23,969 nucleotides of DNA, taken from Candidatus Poribacteria bacterium (lineage in GTDB: Bacteria; Poribacteria; WGA-4E; UBA9662). A program made the position numbers and the translations under genes. The notes under the pieces were generated by a model. It was not told the origin of the DNA. It did not search any database and saw only the letters and a program-made list of their open reading frames with translations. Where the stretch lies: assembly GCA_030748495.1 (NCBI GenBank), contig JASMLX010000102.1, positions 1 through 23,969 of the forward strand, read 5' to 3'. Of the stretch, positions 9,415 through 17,553 are shown in pieces. Within the stretch, counting starts at the first letter, position 1; every line of letters begins with the position of its first letter.

Positions 9415-9738
9415 GTGCCGGATAGAGAACCTGGCATATTTCGAGTATCGGAATCATCACTCACCGCATTTTACAGAGGACACTGTATGCGATCGGAGGA
9501 GTGGATTGAGGTGAACGCACATGTGGACATCGCCTTCGTGGTGAATCCGGCTGCCGGCGATGACGTAGTTGATCGTTACATTGCGGAGATATACGATCGG
9601 CACGAAACGCGGTGTGCTGATGTGGTGCTGATCCAATCCATCATTCGAGACAAGAAGGTCAAGAGACTGGAACTATTCTGTGAACATGACCGGATTCTCG
9701 TCCCTCCCGCTGAGGTAGGATACAAAATCATAGGGTAG
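9415..9738 (+). CDS. hypothetical small protein (possible true start at 9487)
   Basis: ORF of 107 aa. The internal ATG at 9487 (MRSEEWIEV...) is preceded by AGAGGA, which would give 83 aa. No recognisable family. The gene is isolated between two non-coding stretches. Confidence 0.35.
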   Translation: MPDREPGIFRVSESSLTAFYRGHCMRSEEWIEVNAHVDIAFVVNPAAGDDVVDRYIAEIYDRHETRCADVVLIQSIIRDKKVKRLELFCEHDRILVPPAEVGYKIIG

Positions 9739-9891
9739 GATTTGTCAGAGCAACTTCTGCAGAGTCTTGATGGGCGACTTCGTTGAGGTTCGCTTGAGGC
9801 GCAGACACACGTATCGTTCCACAAGGCCGCGATCAACGACGAAGGCTTCTAAGGTCTCCCTAAATAAAGCTAGATAAATCGACTGTAATTG

Positions 9892-10917
9892 CTAATTTGA
9901 TAAAATTTCTGCAATAGATCTGGCAAAATAGGTTAGGATCAGATCGGCACCTGCCCGTTTGATAGCGGTCAGCATCTCCATGGTGCTAGTCGCCTCATCC
10001 AGCCAGCCCAGCTTAGCGCTGGCTTTTATCATAGCGTACTCCCCACTGACATTGTAAGCGGCGACCGGTAAATGGATTGCTGACTTGACCGCCAAAATAA
10101 CGTCTAAGTATGCCAGTGCCGGTTTTACCATCACTATGTCCGCCCCCTGATTAACATCAGCTATAACTTCACGGAGTGCCTCTTGTCGATTGGCTGGATC
10201 CATCTGATAAGTTTTCTTGTCACCATGTTTGGGCGCTGAGTCGAGCGCATCTCGGAACGGTCCATAAAAAGCCGAAGCATACTTGGCGGAGTAGGCCAGA
10301 ATGCTAACCTCGGAAAAACCGTTTTGGTCTAAGGCCTGTCGAATATGCTTGATTCGGCCATCCATCATATCCGATGGCGCAACAATATCGGTTCCTGCTT
10401 CGGCTTGAGAGACAGCCATTCCGGCTAAAATATCGAGTGTTGGATCATTCAAGATCCGCCCTTCTTCGACCAGCCCATCGTGGCCATCGCTGGAATATGG
10501 ATCCATTGCGACATCGGTAATAACAGTTATCTCTGGTACCGCTAATTTAACTTCTCTAACCGCTCGTTGTAACAGGCCATCAGGATTGGTTGATTCGGTC
10601 GCTAACGGATCCTTGGATTCGTCCGTCAAAGCAGGGAAAAGTGCGAGTGCTGGAACTCCCAAATGATAAGCCGCTTTAGCCTCCTCTACAATTAGATCTA
10701 TACTTAAACGAAAGAAATCAGGCATGGACTCAATCTCAATCTTTTGGTTTTTGCCTTCAATAACGAATAGAGGAAGTATTAAATCTGAAGGATGAAGTTG
10801 GGTTTCCCGAACCATATCACGGATCGAAATGGACTTTCGATTACGACGAGGGCGGGACAGCATCGGTATCCGTTTCGAAACACTGGTGCCGTTCGAGGAA
10901 GAGTCATTGGAGGTCAT
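9892..10917 (-). CDS. hemB: porphobilinogen synthase (delta-aminolevulinic acid dehydratase), Asp-rich Mg-type active site
   Basis: HemB blocks are present (PMLSRPRRNR, DLILPLFV, GVPALALFP, DVAMDPYSSDGHDG, SGEYAMIKA, with the active-site Lys region). The metal-site motif is DxAxDxY...GHDG (aspartates, not cysteines), so Zn-independent. The alternative start at 10863 (MLSRPRRNR) would give the usual length. Confidence 0.92.
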   Translation of the reverse strand: MTSNDSSSNGTSVSKRIPMLSRPRRNRKSISIRDMVRETQLHPSDLILPLFVIEGKNQKIEIESMPDFFRLSIDLIVEEAKAAYHLGVPALALFPALTDESKDPLATESTNPDGLLQRAVREVKLAVPEITVITDVAMDPYSSDGHDGLVEEGRILNDPTLDILAGMAVSQAEAGTDIVAPSDMMDGRIKHIRQALDQNGFSEVSILAYSAKYASAFYGPFRDALDSAPKHGDKKTYQMDPANRQEALREVIADVNQGADIVMVKPALAYLDVILAVKSAIHLPVAAYNVSGEYAMIKASAKLGWLDEATSTMEMLTAIKRAGADLILTYFARSIAEILSN

Positions 10918-10926
10918 TTCAGTATC

Positions 10927-11316
10927 TTATAACTGTCGGCGAATTTTATCAGCTACTTCAGTCAGTTGCACCTCGGTTGCCCGCTGAGCGTTAGCAAAAC
11001 TGAAATCGGCCATACTGTCTGTTGGAACCAGATGAACATGGGCATGGGGAACCTCGTAACCCGCCACGACAACACCAACACGTGAGCAAGATAGCGCCAC
11101 CTTAATTGCGACTGCTATCGGTTTGGCAAAAGACATCAGCCCTTGATAGATGGTATCATCCAAATCAAAAATATAGTCAATCTCTTGTTTGGGAATGACC
11201 AGTGTATGGCCGAGTTTAATCGGGCTAATATCTAGAAAGGCTAAAAAGGAATCGTTTTCGCAGATCTTGTGGCAAGGGAGTTTTCCCTCAACAATCTGCG
11301 TAAAAATAGAGGCCAT
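10927..11316 (-). CDS. HIT-family (histidine triad) nucleotide hydrolase/transferase
   Basis: The 129-aa product carries the triad HAHVHLVP and the N-terminal IFTQIVEGKLPCHKI..ENDSFLAFLDISP signature. It lies 2 nt downstream of the SPFH gene and 9 nt upstream of hemB. Confidence 0.88.
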   Translation of the reverse strand: MASIFTQIVEGKLPCHKICENDSFLAFLDISPIKLGHTLVIPKQEIDYIFDLDDTIYQGLMSFAKPIAVAIKVALSCSRVGVVVAGYEVPHAHVHLVPTDSMADFSFANAQRATEVQLTEVADKIRRQL

Positions 11317-11318
11317 GA

Positions 11319-12089
11319 TTACCCCTCTGTTGAGTGGGTGCGACTCGCTTGAGTTAGTGCACTTACGAGATCTACCGGAACGGGAAAAATTAAAGTTGAA
11401 TTTTTCTCGGCCGAAACTTCGATCATGGCTTGTAAGTAACGGAGTTGGATCGAGGTAGGATCAGCACTTAATATCTTAGCCGCTTCAGCTAATGTTGACG
11501 CCGATTCTAATTCTCCGTCGGCGTGTGTGGCTTTAGCCCGTCGTTCTCTTTCTGCTTCAGCCTGTTTTGCCATTGCCCGTTTCATTTCGACCGGCAAATC
11601 GACATGTTTAATCTCTACACCCAGGACCCGAATTCCCCAATCATCACTATGGTTACGAATGGTTTCTTCCAAATCCTGATTGAGTTTTTCTCGTTCAGAC
11701 AACAGGTCATCCAGTTCAGCTCGTCCTAGCACACTACGCAGGGTAGTTTGTGCAAAGTTGGAGATGGCAAAACTAAAATCCTCTACTTCAATCACGGCCT
11801 TCTCTGGATCGACGACCCGAAACCACAGAACTGCATTAACGCTAACAGAAACGTTATCCTTAGTAATCACGTCTTGCGGGGTAACATCTTGGACAATAGT
11901 TCGCATACTAACCCGTTCCATCCTATCGATCCAGAATGGCATCAGTAAAACGAAACCGGGCCCTTTAACGGCATTAAAACGCCCTAGCCGAAAGACGACT
12001 GCCCGATCGTACTCTTTTAAGATTCGTAACGACGTGGCGATCAGTACCAGCCCTACGACTGCACCAATACCATACCAGATAGTTGGCAT
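11319..12089 (-). CDS. SPFH/band-7 (stomatin/prohibitin-like) membrane protein
   Basis: An N-terminal TM helix is followed by [32 protein letters not shown], the SPFH core, then a coiled-coil region rich in [12 protein letters not shown] strong SD (AAGGAG) lies 7 nt upstream. Confidence 0.88.
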   Translation of the reverse strand: MPTIWYGIGAVVGLVLIATSLRILKEYDRAVVFRLGRFNAVKGPGFVLLMPFWIDRMERVSMRTIVQDVTPQDVITKDNVSVSVNAVLWFRVVDPEKAVIEVEDFSFAISNFAQTTLRSVLGRAELDDLLSEREKLNQDLEETIRNHSDDWGIRVLGVEIKHVDLPVEMKRAMAKQAEAERERRAKATHADGELESASTLAEAAKILSADPTSIQLRYLQAMIEVSAEKNSTLIFPVPVDLVSALTQASRTHSTEG

Positions 12090-12123
12090 TCTTTAACTCC
12101 TTGCGTGAATTAGCCAGGCGTGG

Positions 12124-12558
12124 CTAGATTGTATCTGTAAATTCGACGGATAGTGGAATCTGTTGCTTGACAAAATCGATCACAGCCCCTTTATTATTAC
12201 CAAAGCGGACGTATACCCCCCGAAAGTTTTCTAGGCGAGAGGGCTGAGCAAACGGACTAAGCAGAATACCGTTCTGATCGATATAGAAACTGCGGAAGTT
12301 AGTCCAGTCTTGCTCGAAACAGTAAAGGAAAGATTGAATTGTCACCTTCTTATTATCAACTTGATAGTGAAATGGTACGAAGTATTTATAGAGTGCCCCA
12401 GCGAGGAAAAACAGAGACAGTAGTGTGAGATAAACCGATTGAGATGCAAAATAGACGACAGCAATTAACATAATCAGAAAAGCGATCAGCACTGCTGATC
12501 GCTTCCAATTGTCAAAGACGGGATGAACAACCCAACTCAGCAAAGCGCCGTTCCCCAT
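12124..12558 (-). CDS. small membrane protein: 2 N-terminal TM helices + ~85-aa C-terminal domain (possibly bacterial PH-like/DUF304-like), first gene of the SPFH-HIT-hemB operon
   Basis: The 144-aa product has hydrophobic segments at residues ~22-40 and ~43-60. The C-terminal YKYFVPFHYQVDNKKVTIQS... does not fit the NfeD OB-fold pattern usually partnered with SPFH. The family assignment is tentative. Confidence 0.5.
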   Translation of the reverse strand: MGNGALLSWVVHPVFDNWKRSAVLIAFLIMLIAVVYFASQSVYLTLLSLFFLAGALYKYFVPFHYQVDNKKVTIQSFLYCFEQDWTNFRSFYIDQNGILLSPFAQPSRLENFRGVYVRFGNNKGAVIDFVKQQIPLSVEFTDTI

Positions 12559-12618
12559 TCATCGCTGACAGGAAATGCTTATGCCAATTATCACAGGAGC
12601 TAGTAGTGGTATTATTGC

Positions 12619-13032
12619 CTACTCGTCCTGACTTTCACCAGTTGTGGAATCATTTTCGGTTGCTGGATTCCCAGGTGCTTGCGAGTCTGTCGTCTCAACT
12701 TTAGAGTCAGCGGTAGCATCTGCGTTTTCATCAGTAGTGTCCACCGCTTGTTCAACTGGGCCGGTTTGCTGAATTGGCGAGAGGTTACTAGATTCGCCAT
12801 AAAACTTCATTAAAAATAGCGCAATGGCCATAAAGCTGATAGCAGTCCAAGTTGTCATCTTGGACAAAAATGTGGTTGCACCATGTCCGCCCAAAACAGA
12901 TTCCAAACCACTTCCGCCGAAGGCACTAGAAGACAGCCCTTCACCTTTACTATCTTGTAATAGAATTACAATTACCAGCAGAATACAGACGGCAACAAAA
13001 ACTGCCACCATAAATCCAACCAGAATACTCAT
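12619..13032 (-). CDS. secG: preprotein translocase subunit SecG with ~60-aa acidic/Thr-rich C-terminal extension
   Basis: SecG signature LLQDSKGEGLSSSAFGGSG plus two TM helices. There is an SD-like AGAGGGAG upstream. The protein ends in a D/E/T-rich tail (DTTDENADATADSKVETTDSQ...ESQDE). The gene lies downstream of tpiA, the classic arrangement. Confidence 0.8.
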   Translation of the reverse strand: MSILVGFMVAVFVAVCILLVIVILLQDSKGEGLSSSAFGGSGLESVLGGHGATTFLSKMTTWTAISFMAIALFLMKFYGESSNLSPIQQTGPVEQAVDTTDENADATADSKVETTDSQAPGNPATENDSTTGESQDE

Positions 13033-13092
13033 GATTTTACTCCCTCTTGCACCTTTAGAGACGATTTGAGATTTCTCAGATCTACTTCAGAT

Positions 13093-13854
13093 CTACTGTT
13101 GTGCCGCCTTGACAATATCAGCGAATGACTCTGCCTCGAGACTTGCACCGCCAACTAAAGCCCCATCGACATCAGGTTGTGACAGTAAGGCGGCAGCACT
13201 AGCCGGTGTGACACTTCCACCATATTGAATTCTGATGCGATCCGCCACATTAGCGGAGGAATAGGTGTCGGCCAATACAGATCTAATTAAAGCATGCACC
13301 TCTTGTGCTTGATCTGGGGTCGCCGTTTTTCCTGTACCAATAGCCCAAACAGGCTCGTAGGCGACGACAGAATTCAAGATCTGCTCTTCCGTTAAGTTGG
13401 CAATACCGTTGACCAAATGATCTTTTACAACTTGTTCGGTTTTCCCTACTTCCCGATCTTCTAACATTTCACCGACGCAGATAATCGGAATTAAGCCGGC
13501 ATTGAGGGCCGATTTTGCTTTCCAGTTGACAGATTGATTGGTTTCTCCAAAATACTGCCGACGTTCAGAGTGACCAATGATGACATGGCTACAGCCAGAA
13601 TCTACGATTAAGGATGCGGAGACTTCACCTGTAAAAGCTCCCTTCTCTTCCCAGTATAGATCTTGGGCGGCTATACTAATCGAACTACCTTCCAGTGTTT
13701 TTGAAACTGCTGATAGTGCCGTAAAGGTTGGGGCAACGATAACCTCAACTTCGTTAGTACCTTCAACTAATAGCCGTAGTTGTGAAACTAGATCCACAGC
13801 CTCACTAATAGTCTTATTAAGCTTCCAGTTGCCCGCAATAATGGGTGTTCTCAA
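13093..13854 (-). CDS. tpiA: triosephosphate isomerase
   Basis: IIAGNWKLN, catalytic HSERR, AYEPVWAIGTGKTAT and GGASL motifs. Confidence 0.95.
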   Translation of the reverse strand: MRTPIIAGNWKLNKTISEAVDLVSQLRLLVEGTNEVEVIVAPTFTALSAVSKTLEGSSISIAAQDLYWEEKGAFTGEVSASLIVDSGCSHVIIGHSERRQYFGETNQSVNWKAKSALNAGLIPIICVGEMLEDREVGKTEQVVKDHLVNGIANLTEEQILNSVVAYEPVWAIGTGKTATPDQAQEVHALIRSVLADTYSSANVADRIRIQYGGSVTPASAAALLSQPDVDGALVGGASLEAESFADIVKAAQQ

Positions 13855-13901
13855 TTTTATATTTTATAGTCTTTGGACCTACGTCCGATAGCAATTATAG
13901 A

Positions 13902-14906
13902 TTAGAGGATTTTGGCTGTTAGTTCAACCAATCGGTTAGAGTAGCCCGTCTCATTATCGTACCATGATAGCACCTTAACCAATCCACCTTCGATTACTTT
14001 GGTAAATGGTGCGTCAAGGACGGAAGATAGTTTGCAACCATTAAAGTCGATTGAAACCAGTGGAAGCTCACTGTAACCTAAAATGCCGTTAAGGTTCGAT
14101 TCGGCAGCTTCTTTCAGCACAGCGTTGACCTCATCAGCCCCAGCCTTTCTCTCCAGATCTACCGCTAAATCAACCACTGAGACATTGGCAGTTGGCACCC
14201 GAATCGCCATGCCATCTAGTTTCCCTTCTAGTTCAGGCAAGACGCTTGAAACGGCAACAGCGGCGCCGGTCGTAGTTGGAATCATCGATAAAGCGGCCGC
14301 TCTCGCCCGACGCATATCTTTGTGTGGGAAGTCGTGTACCCGTTGGTCACCTGTATAAGCGTGAATTGTGGTCATCAAACCGCTATTGATGCCGAAGTTT
14401 TCTAGTAAAACCTTAGCAATCGGTGCCAAACAATTAGTGGTACAGGAGGCGTTCGAAATGATGTGGTGATTATCTTTGTCATACTTATCATCATTGACCC
14501 CGAGTACGATCGTAATATCTTCACCTTTGGCCGGAGCCGAAATCACAACTTTTTTAGCACCACCAGCGGTAATGTGCTTCGCTGCGTCTTCTCGTACGGT
14601 AAAGAACCCTGTCGATTCAATAACCACTTCCACCCCTTGGTCGGACCAAGGCAAATCAGCTGGGTCACGCTCTGAAAGAACCTTGATATCTTTCCCATTA
14701 ACCCTGAGCCCGTCATCTGTGGCACTAATTTCGTCTGGCAAGTTTCCATGAACTGAATCGTATTTTAGAAGATGTGCAAGTGTTTCAGGATCTGTTAGGT
14801 CGTTGACAGCCATGATGTCGACCCCTAAACTTGGGTTGGCTAACGCAGCTCGAAAGGCGTTTCGGCCAATTCGACCAAAACCGTTAATTCCAACTTTTAC
14901 TGACAT
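13902..14906 (-). CDS. gap: type I glyceraldehyde-3-phosphate dehydrogenase
   Basis: NGFGRIGR NAD-binding motif, the catalytic SNASCTTNCLAP, and WYDNETGYS near the C-terminus. Confidence 0.95.
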   Translation of the reverse strand: MSVKVGINGFGRIGRNAFRAALANPSLGVDIMAVNDLTDPETLAHLLKYDSVHGNLPDEISATDDGLRVNGKDIKVLSERDPADLPWSDQGVEVVIESTGFFTVREDAAKHITAGGAKKVVISAPAKGEDITIVLGVNDDKYDKDNHHIISNASCTTNCLAPIAKVLLENFGINSGLMTTIHAYTGDQRVHDFPHKDMRRARAAALSMIPTTTGAAVAVSSVLPELEGKLDGMAIRVPTANVSVVDLAVDLERKAGADEVNAVLKEAAESNLNGILGYSELPLVSIDFNGCKLSSVLDAPFTKVIEGGLVKVLSWYDNETGYSNRLVELTAKIL

Positions 14907-15216
14907 AAAAACCTCAGCGATTGATTTTGCAAACTACACATTATTCCATAGAATAAGCAGCAGAGTCAAGCATAACCGCTAGGGCGGTGTTTAATGTAGA
15001 TGTTACGTGGGTTCTGGATATTTGGTAGGCTTGGCATCCTCCAACCTGTTCATGGAATGCCAACTGATTTGCTGATAGTGGAACTGTAACACCGTGAGTG
15101 AGGTTGGAAGAAGGCTGGTTCTAGCTGCCAATCTATTTATTATTGGTTGTACCTATTACGTAATATAACCAAAGGCCCATAGAGCAATTTCATAATAAAA
15201 TGATTATAATTCTAAG

Positions 15217-15842
15217 ATGGCATATTCGATAGATTTCAGAAGAAAAATATTAGAAATAAAGGAAGATGAAAAATTAAGTTTAGACCACTGTTCCAAACAA
15301 TTCAACGTTGGTCGAGCCACGATCTTCAGATGGACAAAAAGTATCCGGCCAAAGCTGACTCGAAATCAACCCGCCACCAAAATTAACCTGGAATAATTAA
15401 CCGAGGGTCTAGAAACATATTCCGAGGCTTATTTGAGCCAGAGAGCCCAGCGACTAGATGTTTGCCTAAGTTGTGTCTGGTAGGCAAAAAGACTCTCCAA
15501 TTGCCTATAAAAAACGTTACCGTATCCTAAAGGTGAGGATGAAAAGCGATCAATCTTTAAATCAATTATTGGTCACTACCAAACAATAAAACGCCCCTGG
15601 TCTATATTGATGAAAGTGGTTTTTCTGTGGATAGCCCTCGAACACATGGCTATAACCAAAAAGGCAAACGCTACTATGGAAAGCATGATTGGCGAGCAAA
15701 GGGAGGCATTAATTCAATTGGGGGCTGATTCAATCGTAAACTGCTTGTCTACAGATTATATGAAACAGCGATTAATGCCGATATATTTATGGATTGGATT
15801 ACCTCGCTTATATATGATCTTTTTATTATGGAATCGCTATAG
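15217..15842 (+). mobile_element. IS630/Tc1-mariner-family transposase remnant (pseudogene; frameshifted and 3'-truncated)
   Basis: 15217-15396 encodes MAYSIDFRRKILEIKEDEKLSLDHCSKQFNVGRATIFRWTK..., the characteristic N-terminal HTH of IS630-family transposases, ending at a stop after 59 aa. 15601-15730 in another frame encodes YIDESGFSVDSPRTHGYNQKGKRYYGKHDWRAKGGINSIGG, the conserved DESG box. A third frame at 15768-15842 gives AINADIFMDWITSLIYD then stop. The segment containing the catalytic DDE distal residues is missing. Confidence 0.7.
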
Positions 15843-15959
15843 GTAGCTAGGCTGAAATTCAATGATAATTGATAGCCACCGTTTCTCTTACATTATAGCC
15901 TTAGATAGTGAAGGTATAACAGACGATGAGTATGGATAATCGACTCGGGGTGACTTCGT

Positions 15960-16544
15960 TCAGGTAAATTGAATCTCGGTCTGGGTGATGGCTAGAGCGA
16001 GTTCTTCCGTATAGGTGTGAAGTGTACGAAAGGCCAATTGTTCCCCGTCGGCTCGAAGGATGTCGATCGTTGTGGTAGGTGGAGGATGGTCGCCATTGTA
16101 GCTAGGGAAGGTTTGTTGTAATCGGTAGATTTGCTTATCTACAGGCGGTTGCGATTGATTAATAAACAGCTCACGATTATCGTACCGGTTCAATTCCAAA
16201 TTGACATGATAACGCAAATCTGCTGAGTGTTGATAGCAGCCACTTCTGAAAGGGTCAACCAACCGTATCCGGCCATCGGTTGGCAAACCCGTCTTTGCCG
16301 CTGAGATGACCTCCGCTATTTCTACGGTTTCAGTCTGTATATTGACGACGTGGCTACTGCCAATAATCCAAAATTCTGCTTGATAGCCACGTCGTTGGAG
16401 TTGGGTTTGACGAAAAATTTCAAATAGATTCGGATCAAACCGATAGCTGTAGAGTCCAAACTGAAGATTGGAAACCTTCTGCTCGATGTAGTGTTGGCTT
16501 TGCCGTATGGATTGTTGGTTCAGCGGGTTTTCTGCGCGGTACAC
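15960..16544 (-). CDS. hypothetical cytoplasmic protein (last gene of DUF4178/DUF350 cluster)
   Basis: The 194-aa product has no TM segment or signal peptide and sits 16 nt downstream of the DUF350 gene. I do not recognise the family (it contains GYQAEFWIIGSSHVVNIQTE and DGRIRLVDPF). Confidence 0.5.
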   Translation of the reverse strand: MYRAENPLNQQSIRQSQHYIEQKVSNLQFGLYSYRFDPNLFEIFRQTQLQRRGYQAEFWIIGSSHVVNIQTETVEIAEVISAAKTGLPTDGRIRLVDPFRSGCYQHSADLRYHVNLELNRYDNRELFINQSQPPVDKQIYRLQQTFPSYNGDHPPPTTTIDILRADGEQLAFRTLHTYTEELALAITQTEIQFT

Positions 16545-16560
16545 GGTTCAAAGGGTGGAT

Positions 16561-16872
16561 CTACAATATTGCAGCAGCCACTATTAACCCCAAGGCAATC
16601 ATAATACCTGCTACGATGACCCCTGCGGCTGTATTGTTCTTCTCCTCAATCTCCTGGTCCAAGCTAAAAGGGGTTATCCAGTCGAAGACTTTGAAGCCGA
16701 TCATTAAAACGATGATACCAAGAAGGCTATAGATCAGAGCCGCGGCTAATCCAAGCGGCAACTCTGCCCAGAAATTGGCGGCAGTCGCATTGACTACACT
16801 TTGTTGTGCGGTGGCTGTGCCCGTAATAACGGCAATGACAATAATCCATTTGGTTATAACGCTGTTTTTCAT
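16561..16872 (-). CDS. DUF350-family small membrane protein (YjfL-like)
   Basis: 103 aa. It has the DUF350 hallmark FKVFDWITPFSLDQEIEEKNNTAAGVIVAGIMIALGLIVAAAI (FDW.TP....EI...N.A..I..AG..I motif) after an N-terminal hydrophobic/signal-like segment. An AAGGGA RBS is present. Confidence 0.75.
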   Translation of the reverse strand: MKNSVITKWIIVIAVITGTATAQQSVVNATAANFWAELPLGLAAALIYSLLGIIVLMIGFKVFDWITPFSLDQEIEEKNNTAAGVIVAGIMIALGLIVAAAIL

Positions 16873-16938
16873 AATTCCCTTTCTCTGGCTAGAATAGATG
16901 GTTAATCCGTATTGAGTCTAATTGAGAATAGTAGCATT

Positions 16939-17553
16939 TTAGCTGATACTACCGCTAGTACTATAAATATCGACCTCAGAAGGCCGAATAAAATGTCCAA
17001 TGGATGCCTCGTAAGAGTGTTGTCCCCATTGTTGGACACTGATGACCTTTTCGTGTTCTTCGTCTTCAAAATCCCAAAAATAGAAGGATTCCCCCCGGGT
17101 GTGACAGTTTTCGTACAAGCAATCTTCGCCAGATCTGCTCAGATAGTAGATCGTTTCTTCATAGTCGAACCGTCCAGATTGGTTCTGGCTGAACTGAGCT
17201 AGTTCTTCGAGCCGCAGATTCAACTGGTCGAAGTCAATCTCTTGCGTGAGTGTAATAGACGAGACTGTTGGATTGGCATTAACGGGGATGTCAGTTTGCC
17301 ACCCTAACCAAGATGTTTCGCCCTCCATTCCAGAGAGTTTCAATTCAAACCACTCCTCACCATTGCTAGCATAGCGATTTTTTTGTTCCACAAAATACTC
17401 GATGCTTTGAATCAATACCACACCACCAACATCCAATCGATCCAGATTTAGCTCCTCGGCGGGCGCAGAAGGTTCAGTTTTCTTCGATTGCCGCAGCCAG
17501 ACGAGACCTACAATCAAGGCAATAATAATCGCTAAGAGGATAAGCCAAATCAC
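16939..17553 (-). CDS. N-terminally membrane-anchored DUF4178-like protein
   Basis: 204 aa. The GTG start overlaps the stop of the upstream lipoprotein gene (GTGA, 17550-17553). One N-terminal TM helix (IWLILLAIIIALIVGLVWL) is followed by two similar half-domains containing EY...EEWFEL.L...WLGW and the FDYEETIYYL...FYFWDFE motif. These resemble the internally duplicated DUF4178 pattern (G..EY.V......EW.EY.L......WL). The family call is from memory, not a search. Confidence 0.55.
   Translation of the reverse strand: MIWLILLAIIIALIVGLVWLRQSKKTEPSAPAEELNLDRLDVGGVVLIQSIEYFVEQKNRYASNGEEWFELKLSGMEGETSWLGWQTDIPVNANPTVSSITLTQEIDFDQLNLRLEELAQFSQNQSGRFDYEETIYYLSRSGEDCLYENCHTRGESFYFWDFEDEEHEKVISVQQWGQHSYEASIGHFIRPSEVDIYSTSGSIS

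Noticed and set aside
15031-15115. Inverted repeats TTGGCAT-N20-ATGCCAA and CCTCCAACC/GGTTGGAAG upstream of gap, considered as a riboswitch or leader structure.
   Set aside because: The stems are short and imperfect and there is no recognisable riboswitch consensus. It is probably ordinary promoter-region sequence.
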